DNA of 64,000 bases from Candidatus Parcubacteria bacterium (GTDB taxonomy: Bacteria > Patescibacteriota > Minisyncoccia > UBA6257 > 2-01-FULL-56-20), in assembly GCA_027324805.1 (NCBI GenBank), contig DAHVRZ010000001.1, positions 66,945 to 130,944 of the forward strand, in the 5' to 3' direction. A program made the translations under genes and the position numbers. This document shows positions 18,040 to 28,124 of this stretch, piece by piece; positions within the stretch are counted from its first letter, which is position 1; each line of letters opens with the position of its first letter. The notes below the pieces were generated by a model, which saw only the letters and a program-made list of their open reading frames with translations, was not told where the DNA came from and did no database searches.

Positions 18040-18718
18040 CCTTTCTCTCGATGGTTTGCGGATTGTAGAAATTATAAAGGAGTTCGACGAGCTGTTCGTC
18101 GTTCAATGGCTGCGCCTCGAGCCCCATGTTCTGGATCCCGCTCACTACCTGGGTGGTCCGCTGGCCAAGCTGTTCGGCATGTTCTGCGAATGCCTTCTCC
18201 TCTTCTTCCGACCTCTGCTCGGCTGGTGTATTGGTGCTTTTCACCTTCTTTTCTTTCTTTCCCCCGAAGAACGAGAAGGCACTCGATGCGGATTTTATGT
18301 TTCCGAGGCCGCCCGCGATGGGATAATACGAGATCACCATAAGGAACACTTTTTCCATAATGGCATTTTTCTGCACGAATCCTTTAATGAATTCCACGTA
18401 CTCGTCTATCTGATTACGGAGGATCGGCGATTGCTCTTCTTCCTTTCTTGCGACGAGATTCTGTACGTAATGGTCTATATTCACCTTCCGTGAATGAACG
18501 AGCACCTGGAGCGGAAAATCGATGCCGTTCAGGAAGGTCTGATATGCCTGGATGATGATGTTCTGTTCCGTATCCGATTTGAGCGAAAAATTGACACCCC
18601 CCACCATGACCACCTGGCGAAGACTGCCATCCTTCATAACCACCGTTCCTTGGCGTATTTCTTTGATATCGACAAGATCGAGGGAGTTCCCCGCATCCTG
18701 TTTCGGGGTTGTTGCCAT
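18014..18718 (-). CDS. hypothetical protein, possibly detached N-terminal segment of VirB4
   Basis: Overlaps the start of the ATPase gene by 26 nt in another frame. Combined length (234+591 aa) is about that of canonical VirB4. Confidence 0.5.
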   Translation of the reverse strand: MATTPKQDAGNSLDLVDIKEIRQGTVVMKDGSLRQVVMVGGVNFSLKSDTEQNIIIQAYQTFLNGIDFPLQVLVHSRKVNIDHYVQNLVARKEEEQSPILRNQIDEYVEFIKGFVQKNAIMEKVFLMVISYYPIAGGLGNIKSASSAFSFFGGKKEKKVKSTNTPAEQRSEEEEKAFAEHAEQLGQRTTQVVSGIQNMGLEAQPLNDEQLVELLYNFYNPQTIERKDVSSFQKK

Positions 18719-18768
18719 ATCAGTATTATCGCATGAATCGAAGCGCTTAGCGAGAACCGAAATCGGGT

Positions 18769-19284
18769 TCAGCGATAGTCCACGCGCCGCGCCGCCTGCC
18801 GGTCACCGCTCACCCGCTGAAAGATCTGATAGTGTTCATTCATGCGTTTTTCTATGAACTCGCGGTCGGATGTTTTACTTGCCGGCTTGGTTCCTGTCTG
18901 GAGGTTCTCCCAGCTCTTATGGAGCGCCATGCCCGCGGCGATCGCTTCGAGGTTGATGCCGGAGGGCGCAGTGGCCGTCTTATGCACCGGAGAGGCCGTA
19001 TGGGGCATTTCCGCCTTCCATACATACGCCTGAGGCTTCCAATAATAGTTCGTGGCGGCCCTCAGTATTTTAATAAGCGGCTGGCCATTTATTTTAATGA
19101 ATGCCAGAGAGCCAGCCGTTCCCATAACGATAACGAATACGATAACAAAAAGCCATGTTTGCACAAAGAAATAGAAAAGCGCCGCGACGAATCCCGCGAT
19201 ACCAATATAAAGGAATTGGCGGAGCGAGAATGGCCCCACCACTTTATCCTCTGTTTCGATGAATTGGGGCACTTGGAACTGCAT
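18769..19284 (-). CDS. VirB3/PrgI-like small membrane protein
   Basis: N-terminal MQFQVPQFIETEDKVVGPFSLRQFLYIGIAG followed by two TM helices. Position immediately upstream of the VirB4-like gene, as in Gram-positive T4SS. Confidence 0.6.
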   Translation of the reverse strand: MQFQVPQFIETEDKVVGPFSLRQFLYIGIAGFVAALFYFFVQTWLFVIVFVIVMGTAGSLAFIKINGQPLIKILRAATNYYWKPQAYVWKAEMPHTASPVHKTATAPSGINLEAIAAGMALHKSWENLQTGTKPASKTSDREFIEKRMNEHYQIFQRVSGDRQAARRVDYR

Positions 19285-19287
19285 GCC

Positions 19288-20412
19288 TTATTCGGTGAAG
19301 TTTTGAACGATAACCTTGGGTGTTGGGGGTTTGGGCGGAGAAGGTGGTGTCGGGGGTGATGGAGGGGGCGTCTGGGGCGGTCGGGGCGTCATGGGCGTCT
19401 GTCCCATGGCCGCGGCCGGTGGCTTCGGCGGCATCGGTGGCTGGGGCATCGCCGGGATTTTTGGCGATTGCAGTGTTGTGGTTATCTCCGTGACACTCCG
19501 ACCCCCTTCTTTCGCAATAGGGACCGAAGGGAGTGATGTAGCGAATCCGGAATAAGCTCCGGCGCGCCAGGACGCCGGGGGCGTTCCGGGGGTCGAAGGC
19601 GTCGGTGCGGGTTTCGCCTGTCCGAATTCTATCATGGCGGGTTTCGCTTTCGGCTGGATCCTCGCACCCTCAAGGTCCATTTGCGCCCCCATTTTCCTTT
19701 CAAGATGAAAATCGGCATTGCGGGCAGGCGCGGCGAAGATTTCACCGCGCTGGATCATCACAGGGGCCGGCGCAGGAGCCGGTGCGGGCGTCGGAGTAAC
19801 CGGACGTCCGGGGATGGGTACGCCACCGATCGTTCGCGGCACAAAAGATGCCGAGGGCGTCGGGACGGGGACCGGCGCCGATGGGAATGGAGCGGGTTTT
19901 TTTATCGCCGACGGGACAGGCGGAAGATCGGCCGACGACATACGCGACCAGCCTTTCGAAGAAAGGTTGGTCAAGGGTATCGGTGTGGAGCCTGAAGTTT
20001 GGGTGTTCGGCGTGGGAACCGGCACGGCGGATTTGGCCGATGCAATATCCTGTATTACTTTCGGGGCGCCCGTATTGCCGGAGGGTGTCGGCGCGGGTGC
20101 GGAGATCGAATTTATGGCCGATTGTAAGGGTTGGAATATTTTTTCATTAAGAGCACTCGCTATGCTTTTCGCAGTAGAAGCGTCCATTCCGGCACCCGAT
20201 ACAAGCTCTTCCGCAAGGTTCTCCTGCGGCAAAAATCCAAGGAGCACCCATCCCGTGCGGGACGCGACTATTTCTTGCGCATCTTCGGGGACTTTGAATT
20301 GCTCGTTTATCGCCGAGATTTTTTCGGCGTTGCTATCGGAAAAAACCGCATCCTGCAGTACTGGCGGGAGTAGGACGAAACGATCCCGAGCTTGTTGTTT
20401 AGTGACGGTCAT
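19288..20412 (-). CDS. proline-rich low-complexity protein
   Basis: PTP/PAP/PPKPP repeats throughout. No TM segment. Confidence 0.5.
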   Translation of the reverse strand: MTVTKQQARDRFVLLPPVLQDAVFSDSNAEKISAINEQFKVPEDAQEIVASRTGWVLLGFLPQENLAEELVSGAGMDASTAKSIASALNEKIFQPLQSAINSISAPAPTPSGNTGAPKVIQDIASAKSAVPVPTPNTQTSGSTPIPLTNLSSKGWSRMSSADLPPVPSAIKKPAPFPSAPVPVPTPSASFVPRTIGGVPIPGRPVTPTPAPAPAPAPVMIQRGEIFAAPARNADFHLERKMGAQMDLEGARIQPKAKPAMIEFGQAKPAPTPSTPGTPPASWRAGAYSGFATSLPSVPIAKEGGRSVTEITTTLQSPKIPAMPQPPMPPKPPAAAMGQTPMTPRPPQTPPPSPPTPPSPPKPPTPKVIVQNFTE

Positions 20413-20417
20413 GACTA

Positions 20418-22973
20418 TTAATCCTCGTCCTCATCTTTTTTATACTTCTTTGGACGAATACCGAACATTTCATTAAGATCCACCGCATCGCGGCCCGGAT
20501 TGTTCTTTATGTAACTGGCAAGGGTCTTATTGGAGCGTGCCAGTGACTGAATTTGTGCGAGGGTTTTTGCATCCATGCTTTGAGGCGCATCCTCGAAGTA
20601 TTTGAGGTTATTTTTTGTACCAAGTGATTTAAGAAGCTCTTTAGCGTTTTGCGGTGAAAGTCCCTCGGCCATTGCGGTTATGATCGATTGTTGCATATTC
20701 TTTACCGCGGCAGGATCGAACGTCAACGGCTTGTTTCTCTTGTCGCCGATCTTTATATCCTTATCAAATTTCGCGGAAGCTTTACTGAAGTCTTGGAACG
20801 AGTCTGCGACCAAGTCCGGATGGTCCTTGATCAACCTCTTTATTTTCCCGATATTTTCGTCGAACGTAAGCTTTGCCGTATCGTACTGGTCTTTCTCGAT
20901 ATTTGTTATGAAGGTATGGCCGGTCGGAGTGTTTTGAATTTCCCTAAGTGTCTTGATCTCGTCCTTTTCGGGATCAGTGAGTGCTCCTTTGCCTTCAAGT
21001 TTATTGAGTTCGTCGAGCCGATTTGAGTAGGCGTCAAACACTCCCTTCTCCGAGGGGCTAAGGGGTGTCCCACTCCCCCATTTTTCGTAAACATCTTTGA
21101 ATTCTTGCGCTTTTGCCTTATCGCCAAATTCCAATACAGTCTTTTCAGCATCTTTATTTTTCTCAGCCAGTTCGTGGATAGTAAGGCCAGACTGATCTTT
21201 GAGTTCCTCGTAAGATTTTTCTTGCTGCAAGTCCTTGAACTTACCCTCATTCTGCTTGAGGAAATCTTGGAAGTTCTGGCCATTCACGGTAAGTCCACCC
21301 AAACTACCGACGCCGGCGGCTTTCACGACGTCTTTACGAAGGTTTTCATCTTTGGAAAGTTTGTCGAGCACGGCCATCTGCTCTTCGTGACTCATAGCAC
21401 CGCGGCCCAACGTTCCGGATTTTTGCGCAAGCGCTCTCGCGAGTGCTGCAGGATCTTTCGCAAGATTTTCGGCATACTTTGCTTGTGCCGCAACCGTGTC
21501 GCCACGCCCCGCACGTTCAAGATTCCCCAACCCTACCCCTGTTGCAACCTGCAGGCGTTGAGGTATGAAGCGATACCCTCCCGATTGCAGTTTGTTCTTA
21601 ACGTCCTTAGGCACCATTCTCCCGGCAGCTTGCTTCGATTTTTTCCCTGCCCACGTTTTTACACCATTCCCTGCGCTTGTTATCGCGCCCGTTACGGCGC
21701 TTGCGCCTTTGATACCCATCGAATTAGCGGCGAAGAGCCCGCCAATGATAAGTCCCGCGAAAATGAGTTCCTGAAGTATGGCGGGAAGCAATTGGGATAA
21801 CGCGCCGGCAAAAAATCCGCTTAGTGCCGTGAATATTCCGCCGTTGTTGTACTGTTTTAGATCCAAACTGCCTACGCCCGTCGTTCCGTTCGATACCTGC
21901 ATAAGGAGCATCGAAAGATAGATGAAGAACAGCGCGATGGGAGCGAAGAATGACCACTGCAGGAACTTGCTCCACCATTTTTTCCAATGATTGCCGAAGA
22001 TCGGGAATACCCATGATGCCCATGCGAACGGCATGAGGATTGCGAGGATGGCTATGTAAATATATCGTATGAAAAGAAGCACAAGGAGCCCCCCGAGGAC
22101 AAGTACGATCAGGAGGAGGTTTGTCGCACCGAAGAGCACGCCCATGAGTGCGACAAGCTCCTTTCCATCATTTGCTCCAGTTGCGGCGAGCGCCCCACTT
22201 AGGCTGTTCAAGCCCTTACTCGAAAGTATATCGGTTTTATTATTGACGCTTCCGCCCGTCACAAATGAGAAGCTGTTCTGCGGCTGGAATGACCCAGCGA
22301 ATGTTGTCGCGAAATTATCCCAACTCTCGAAGCCGTTGAAGCTCTGACTGCATCCTCCGCCTGCCGGGTTGATGCAGTTCACGAAGTAGTGCGAGAACGA
22401 GTTCGACAGGCCGAAGATCGGCGCGGCGATCACAAGGCCGAAGTTGACGAGTACGGCGGCCACCACGAGCTTCCAAAGAAGCTTTTTAACGCCATAACTT
22501 TCGTTACGGATGATAGTCGCTATCGCGATCACGATGATGCCGAGTACGAAGGCGAGATTCGCAATGGAAAGCGCTATGGAAAAGCCGCTTTGTACGAATA
22601 CCGTTTGGAATATGCCATCGTTGATGTTGAGAATGACGCCGATAAGCCATGCTTCAAGCGCCACGATCACGCCCACCACGACCGCCATATCGTATATTGC
22701 AAGGAACGCGAGCGTGGTCACGAACCCTGACGTTACGTCGCCGAGCGCGCCGATGCCGGATGCGACCAAGCTTTTCGCCTTTTGGATAATGCCCGTGCCG
22801 CCGGATTGTGAGCCGCTACCGCCGGCGTTCCCAGACTGGCTGCCGCTTGTTTGGGTTTGTGCGTACACCGAGTGGGGAAGTACAGCGGCGACGGTGAATA
22901 GGACCGCGATGACGAGGCAAATGGAGGATACCACCCTCACCCATCCTTTTTTCCTGAAACCGTGAAGCGTCAT
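20418..22973 (-). CDS. VirB6/TrbL-like polytopic membrane protein with long C-terminal soluble domain
   Basis: Signal peptide, Gly/Ser-rich linker, ~8 TM helices, then a ~370-aa charged coiled-coil-like C-terminus. Confidence 0.6.
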   Translation of the reverse strand: MTLHGFRKKGWVRVVSSICLVIAVLFTVAAVLPHSVYAQTQTSGSQSGNAGGSGSQSGGTGIIQKAKSLVASGIGALGDVTSGFVTTLAFLAIYDMAVVVGVIVALEAWLIGVILNINDGIFQTVFVQSGFSIALSIANLAFVLGIIVIAIATIIRNESYGVKKLLWKLVVAAVLVNFGLVIAAPIFGLSNSFSHYFVNCINPAGGGCSQSFNGFESWDNFATTFAGSFQPQNSFSFVTGGSVNNKTDILSSKGLNSLSGALAATGANDGKELVALMGVLFGATNLLLIVLVLGGLLVLLFIRYIYIAILAILMPFAWASWVFPIFGNHWKKWWSKFLQWSFFAPIALFFIYLSMLLMQVSNGTTGVGSLDLKQYNNGGIFTALSGFFAGALSQLLPAILQELIFAGLIIGGLFAANSMGIKGASAVTGAITSAGNGVKTWAGKKSKQAAGRMVPKDVKNKLQSGGYRFIPQRLQVATGVGLGNLERAGRGDTVAAQAKYAENLAKDPAALARALAQKSGTLGRGAMSHEEQMAVLDKLSKDENLRKDVVKAAGVGSLGGLTVNGQNFQDFLKQNEGKFKDLQQEKSYEELKDQSGLTIHELAEKNKDAEKTVLEFGDKAKAQEFKDVYEKWGSGTPLSPSEKGVFDAYSNRLDELNKLEGKGALTDPEKDEIKTLREIQNTPTGHTFITNIEKDQYDTAKLTFDENIGKIKRLIKDHPDLVADSFQDFSKASAKFDKDIKIGDKRNKPLTFDPAAVKNMQQSIITAMAEGLSPQNAKELLKSLGTKNNLKYFEDAPQSMDAKTLAQIQSLARSNKTLASYIKNNPGRDAVDLNEMFGIRPKKYKKDEDED

Positions 22974-22975
22974 TG

Positions 22976-25216
22976 TTATTGCACGTCAACCTGGCAGGTT
23001 GCGGTGGTTTGGTCGGTGGATGCGGTGACAGTGACATAGTAGGTACCGGTTGCGGTATAGGTGGCGAAATATGAATCGCCGACACTCGGTGTACCGCTTG
23101 CGGCCTGCATCGATCCCGGCGCGGACCAGGTGTAGGTTGGCGTACCATCGCTGTTCGTTCCTGACGGGCAGCTGTTGTTCGCCGAGCAGGTTGTATCGAT
23201 CGCGCCTCCTGCCGCTGAGAAGCTTGCGATCGCCTGACTCGTAGATGCGTTGAAAATAGTCGATTGCTGTGCCGGGAGGCATTGGATGACAGTGGACGAG
23301 GTCGGCTGGGAAAGGGAAAGACTCGAAGATGATATACTACTCAGCCCATAAGCCCCGGACGGGACCGTCGAATTGTTGCCGTTCGTTATGTTGCTCAGTT
23401 CCTGCGTGGAAAGGTTTATCGCATTAGTGGCGAGCGTATTAAGGATGGAGCTGAGGAGCGCCTCCAGAATCCCTGTGATATTCTTCGCATTCGTGATATT
23501 GTCCAATCCGCCCTTGAGTACCGAGGTGAACGATTCCTTGGTGACATCGCTCGGGGATTTTATCTGCGGACTCGAACCGTCGGCGCATTTGCCGAGATTG
23601 GGGTTTGCGATCGCCTGTTCGGGGATCAGGTCGGGGCCCATATTACATGTCGGCGGGTTGGTGCTCGTGTCGAGTGTTCCCCCGTCGGGGCATGTGTATC
23701 CGACGCCATATGGGTTGCTATGGTCGCTACATGTGGCGACGCCCTTCCACCCGGTCGATGTATTCTGCGTGGTCTTCGCCTGTTGGCTGTTACTTCCCGC
23801 GATAAGCGCGGCATCGCGCGTCTGAATGGCGAGTGCCCACACGTTGCCGCCTGGCTGGAAGAGGGAGAGATAGTCGTTGAAGTTATTGAAGTTGTTGTAA
23901 AAATTCTGGAGATTATTACCGAGCTGTCCGTTGAATTCGGATTGGCAGATGTCGGCATTCGCCACGGACGGAGTCGAAAGCAGAGCCTGTACGAATGGGG
24001 CCTGATATGAAGGTACACATTTCATATATGTGCCTATTTCGGTTACCGCGGCGCTTGTGAAAGAGTTGACCATTTCCGAACCGAAGTCGGTGATGAACTG
24101 CGGCGCACCCGCGCCCTGGATCGCGGTGAGTACTTTTTGCTGGATGAGGTTGGTGAGCACGTTGATGAGAATCTGGAGGGCTATATCCTCGACATATTTT
24201 TCGATGGTTTTTCCGAGTTGGGCGGTCGTATTGAATTCCACGACAGGGTCGGTAACTGCGAGTTGTGCGTGCGCGACCGGTATCCCTACGAAATTATTTA
24301 TAAAGGCGAATACTCCCTGGTTATGGTTCGGAACGGGAAGCAATGATGTTTGGAAGGGATATTTTGCGGTCATCTTGCTCCATTCGCTTTCGAAATTGCC
24401 GACCGCGAGATCATACTTCGATTGTTCGTTCTGGAAGATGATAGATGCTTTCAAGGGATCATTTTGTGCGTTTCCAAGAAGCGCCACCATGTTTTTCTCG
24501 TACACCAGGAGCTTAATGAGGCTTTCTTGTGCGTTCATCAAGGAAGCGGGCGTGGGGATCGCTGCGGCTGTTTGCAGCATCTCTTGAATCTGCGCTTCGA
24601 CCGCTGCCGCGGAACTCGGATCTTCCTGGCCGAGAACCCCTCCTATGCTGCTGTTTGCAATGTATTTTTGATAGATGGCATTGAACGACGATTCATAATT
24701 ATTGATGTTTGCAGGAGTATCGCTTGTAGTAACGATTTTTACCTGCGCCACTTGCGCGTCCCAATTGGGTGCTTGGAAATTTTGGAATACAGGATCTGCG
24801 GCGAGCGACTGGGCGATCGCTTGGGTGTTCGGCGAATTGAATATAGTGCCGCCGCTACTGTCGGTGATGGCGCCCTGGGGGTTCGCTGCCGTAAAGCCGT
24901 TAATGAACGATTCCGCGAAGGTGTTGGTAAGGTTGGTGGGATCGTTCGCGGCGACGATGGTTGCCGATGGAACATTCATTTCGCTGAGAATCTCAGCTGC
25001 GTTCCCTTGGAGCGAACCGGTATCTACGAATGCATTGTTGCCGAACACCGGGACCGTTCCCGTTGCGTCGCCTCCTATCCCCGTGATCGTCGGGCCTTCC
25101 GCCACTGACGGAGCGCCCGTCGGATTGGCTCCGACATACGCAAGGATCAGTCCGGAAAAGACCGCTGCGACCGCGAGAACCAGAAATCCGGAGATCAACT
25201 TCTTGACATCGATCAT
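22976..25216 (-). CDS. large secreted surface protein (first gene of operon), Cys-containing C-terminal beta domain
   Basis: N-terminal TM/signal. 746 aa, Asn/Gln/Thr-rich. The C-terminus YTWSAPGS...TYYVTVTAS looks Ig/PKD-like. Confidence 0.55.
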   Translation of the reverse strand: MIDVKKLISGFLVLAVAAVFSGLILAYVGANPTGAPSVAEGPTITGIGGDATGTVPVFGNNAFVDTGSLQGNAAEILSEMNVPSATIVAANDPTNLTNTFAESFINGFTAANPQGAITDSSGGTIFNSPNTQAIAQSLAADPVFQNFQAPNWDAQVAQVKIVTTSDTPANINNYESSFNAIYQKYIANSSIGGVLGQEDPSSAAAVEAQIQEMLQTAAAIPTPASLMNAQESLIKLLVYEKNMVALLGNAQNDPLKASIIFQNEQSKYDLAVGNFESEWSKMTAKYPFQTSLLPVPNHNQGVFAFINNFVGIPVAHAQLAVTDPVVEFNTTAQLGKTIEKYVEDIALQILINVLTNLIQQKVLTAIQGAGAPQFITDFGSEMVNSFTSAAVTEIGTYMKCVPSYQAPFVQALLSTPSVANADICQSEFNGQLGNNLQNFYNNFNNFNDYLSLFQPGGNVWALAIQTRDAALIAGSNSQQAKTTQNTSTGWKGVATCSDHSNPYGVGYTCPDGGTLDTSTNPPTCNMGPDLIPEQAIANPNLGKCADGSSPQIKSPSDVTKESFTSVLKGGLDNITNAKNITGILEALLSSILNTLATNAINLSTQELSNITNGNNSTVPSGAYGLSSISSSSLSLSQPTSSTVIQCLPAQQSTIFNASTSQAIASFSAAGGAIDTTCSANNSCPSGTNSDGTPTYTWSAPGSMQAASGTPSVGDSYFATYTATGTYYVTVTASTDQTTATCQVDVQ

Positions 25217-25291
25217 TTACACTCATTATAACCCTACATCGCCACGATTTACCATGCCGATTTATCCCCACGTCCGCGCGTTTGATCGCAA

Positions 25292-26083
25292 TCAGAAGAG
25301 TGCTTCCGCGATGCGGGATATCTGTTCCACGGAAAGGTTCTGGGGCCTTTGGGTTGGAAGTATGCCATCACCCAAAAGGCTTATTTTCGCCGTCGATGCT
25401 TCTTTGGACATGCCGCCTTTTTCCAACTCCGCGGCAATATTGTTTCCTAATGTCTTGCGTGGCTGGGAAAATATGGCGCGAACCGCCCGATAATATTTCC
25501 CCTCCTTATCCATTACGCCCCGGTTTTTTCTTTTAAGCAAGATGACCGCCGACTCCACCTCCGGTGGAGGCGAAAAATCGCTGCGAGGGACGGTGGTGAC
25601 GATTTCTGGGTCGGACCAGAATTGAACGCTCGCCGCTAGGCGGTTCATACGCGGCGGCCGGGCGCATATTCTTTCCGCAACTTCGCGCTGTATCATGAAT
25701 ACGCACCGCTCCGGCTTTTGGGATGCTTCGCTTATGATGCGCAGCAGATGACCGGTGATGTAATAAGGAAGGTTGCCGGTGAGCTTTATAGGCCCCCTCT
25801 CTGTACGTGACAGTATTTCACCGATGACTTCGAGCGCATCCCCTGGCGTGACATCCGCTACACCCTCCAATTTTCCGGCAAGGCTCGTTGCGAGGCGATC
25901 GTCTTTTTCAATGACCGATAGCGCCGCGCCCGCGGCGGTGCATGCGTCGAGCAGTGGAAAGGTGAGCTCGCCGTGTCCCGGCCCGATCTCAATAATCCGA
26001 TCGTTGCGGGAGACTTCGATCGTATCAACGATGCGTTTCACGATACGCTCGTTTTTTAAAAAATGCTGTCCAAGTCTTCTCAT
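25292..26083 (-). CDS. rsmA: 16S rRNA (adenine1518/1519-N6)-dimethyltransferase
   Basis: MRRLGQHFLKNERIVKRIVD...IIEIGPGHGELT is the KsgA signature. Confidence 0.92.
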   Translation of the reverse strand: MRRLGQHFLKNERIVKRIVDTIEVSRNDRIIEIGPGHGELTFPLLDACTAAGAALSVIEKDDRLATSLAGKLEGVADVTPGDALEVIGEILSRTERGPIKLTGNLPYYITGHLLRIISEASQKPERCVFMIQREVAERICARPPRMNRLAASVQFWSDPEIVTTVPRSDFSPPPEVESAVILLKRKNRGVMDKEGKYYRAVRAIFSQPRKTLGNNIAAELEKGGMSKEASTAKISLLGDGILPTQRPQNLSVEQISRIAEALF

Positions 26084-26121
26084 GATGATTGCGGTTCCTT
26101 TAGCTGATTATCGCGGATATT

Positions 26122-28095
26122 CTATTCGAATTCAACGACATTTTCCTCCCATACCGTATCATCGTCGTTGTAGAGATTATTCCCCTCATTTCCCTTGCGT
26201 TCGCTGTTTGCATCATGCATTCCATCTTCGGCCGTGAATGAAACGCAATCTTCGGGGATCTCTCCGATGAAGCGCGATGGGATTCCGTAGAAGCTGATAA
26301 AAAGTTTTTTTCGTGCGCGTGTCATTGCCACATACATAAGGCGGCGCTCCTCTTCGAGCGATGCTTCGTTTTCAATGGAACGGCCGTGCGGCAGGAAACC
26401 TTCCGCTACGCCGGCGATGAATACATTATTGAATTCAAGCCCTTTCGCGAGGTGAATTGTCATGAGACTTATTTCGGTCGCGTTCTTTTCCCCTCCGGAA
26501 CGCCCATTTTTATTGCCTATTTCATCTGCGGCCTCAAGAAGGCTTAGGCGTTCAAGCAATTCTTGTAGATCCGTGAACTCCGATGCAAATGCGATGAGCT
26601 CGGTTATGTTTTCCTCGCGTTCATCGGCATTTACGAAGTTCGCTTCGAGATAATCGAAATAGTGGAAGGAATCAAGAAATATTTTGAGCGCTTCGAGTGG
26701 CGTGAGTGCCTCGGCGGCATTGTCCATTTTTGGGATGTTAAGCACTCCCGCGAATTCCGCAAAGCGGCGCTTGGTAAGCGCTTTTTCCAGTCGTCCCTTC
26801 GCCACTTCGTCGCGTTGGTTTGCTATGTAACGCAAAGCAGCTACTGCATCTTTAACTTCCTTCCTTTCGTAGAATTTCAATCCTCCGAAAATGCGATAGG
26901 GAATGTTATAGCGGATGAGCGCTTGTTCGATGGCACGCGATTGAGCGTTCGTACGGTAGAGAATCCCGATTTCGGCGTCGTGGTCATCGGCTCGTATTTT
27001 TTTGATCCGTTCCGCAATCCATTCCGCCTCGTCGTTTTCTCCCCATGCCTCAAAGAGTGTTATGGGTTCGCCATCGGCGTTCTCCGTCCAAAGCGTTTTC
27101 GGCGTGCGCAATCGATTGTTCTGTGCGACTGCCGCCGCTGCGCGTATTATCGTTCCGGTCGAACGATAGTTTTGTTCGAGGAAGTGCACCGAGGCTCCCT
27201 TCCAATCCTTGTCGAAATTAAGAAATGTTTTTATATCCGCATAACGCCAGCTATAGATGGTCTGTTCATCGTCCCCCACTACGCTCAGGTTTCTATGCCC
27301 GCCGGCGAGGAGCGAGACGAGCTCATATTGTTGCGGATTAATGTCTTGATATTCGTCTACAAGAATCGCCTCGAACATATTTTGGTATTTCGCGAGGACC
27401 TCCGGATTTTTTTTGAAAAGTGAGACCGGTTTTTCAATGAGGTCATCGAAATCGAATGCATTATTACGCCGCAACATCTCTTCGTACTTTTCATATACTC
27501 TAATGGTTCGTTCTTTTTTCCCCGGATCTGATGCGAATGCACGGTCTTTCTCGGCCGCTGCCTCCATCCCAAGATTCTTTATCTCGGATATTTTTCCAGC
27601 AAAATATGCCGGTGTCTCTTGTTTTGCCTTTTGGGCCTTTGTTGCGGGGAATATGTCATCGTCCTTCTTTTTGGGCGGGATGACCTCTTTTACCGCTTTT
27701 TTAATAAGGTCGAACGAGTCGTGAGAGTCGAATATCGCAAAATTTGGGTCCCGCCCGAAGACTCGACATTCTTTTCTGAGGATCCTCGACCCCAACGAGT
27801 GAAACGTTCCAAGGAATGGCCCAATTCTTCCTACGCGGCGGGCCATCTCTTTTGCGGCTTTGTTTGTGAAAGTGATTGCGCAGATTCGCTCGGATGCTAT
27901 CCCCTCCTCTATTAGATGAATAATACGGTTTGTAAGCGTTTTCGTTTTCCCCGTGCCCGCTCCGGCTACTATTAAAAGAGGACCATGGGCTGCATATGCG
28001 GCAGCCTTTTGGGCCGAATTTAATGGCTCTTTAAGAGATATATTATTGTGATGGGCGTTTTCTTTGTTGTCTGGAGGTTGTATCGATTTCGGCAT
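26122..28095 (-). CDS. pcrA: ATP-dependent DNA helicase PcrA/UvrD family
   Basis: Motif I LIVAGAGTGKTKTLTNRI, motif II VDEYQD, plus the remaining UvrD/Rep motifs. Confidence 0.9.
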   Translation of the reverse strand: MPKSIQPPDNKENAHHNNISLKEPLNSAQKAAAYAAHGPLLIVAGAGTGKTKTLTNRIIHLIEEGIASERICAITFTNKAAKEMARRVGRIGPFLGTFHSLGSRILRKECRVFGRDPNFAIFDSHDSFDLIKKAVKEVIPPKKKDDDIFPATKAQKAKQETPAYFAGKISEIKNLGMEAAAEKDRAFASDPGKKERTIRVYEKYEEMLRRNNAFDFDDLIEKPVSLFKKNPEVLAKYQNMFEAILVDEYQDINPQQYELVSLLAGGHRNLSVVGDDEQTIYSWRYADIKTFLNFDKDWKGASVHFLEQNYRSTGTIIRAAAAVAQNNRLRTPKTLWTENADGEPITLFEAWGENDEAEWIAERIKKIRADDHDAEIGILYRTNAQSRAIEQALIRYNIPYRIFGGLKFYERKEVKDAVAALRYIANQRDEVAKGRLEKALTKRRFAEFAGVLNIPKMDNAAEALTPLEALKIFLDSFHYFDYLEANFVNADEREENITELIAFASEFTDLQELLERLSLLEAADEIGNKNGRSGGEKNATEISLMTIHLAKGLEFNNVFIAGVAEGFLPHGRSIENEASLEEERRLMYVAMTRARKKLFISFYGIPSRFIGEIPEDCVSFTAEDGMHDANSERKGNEGNNLYNDDDTVWEENVVEFE

Positions 28096-28124
28096 TATGG
28101 TAGTATAAGCTTATTAGTACTATT

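Noticed and set aside
19316-20476. Plus-strand ORFs (19718-20476 and others) rich in Gly/Arg
   Set aside because: Antisense to the Pro-rich gene (CCN codons read as NGG). Not independent genes.
24350-25493. Two ~250-aa plus-strand ORFs
   Set aside because: Antisense shadows within the 746-aa surface-protein gene. No RBS or motifs.
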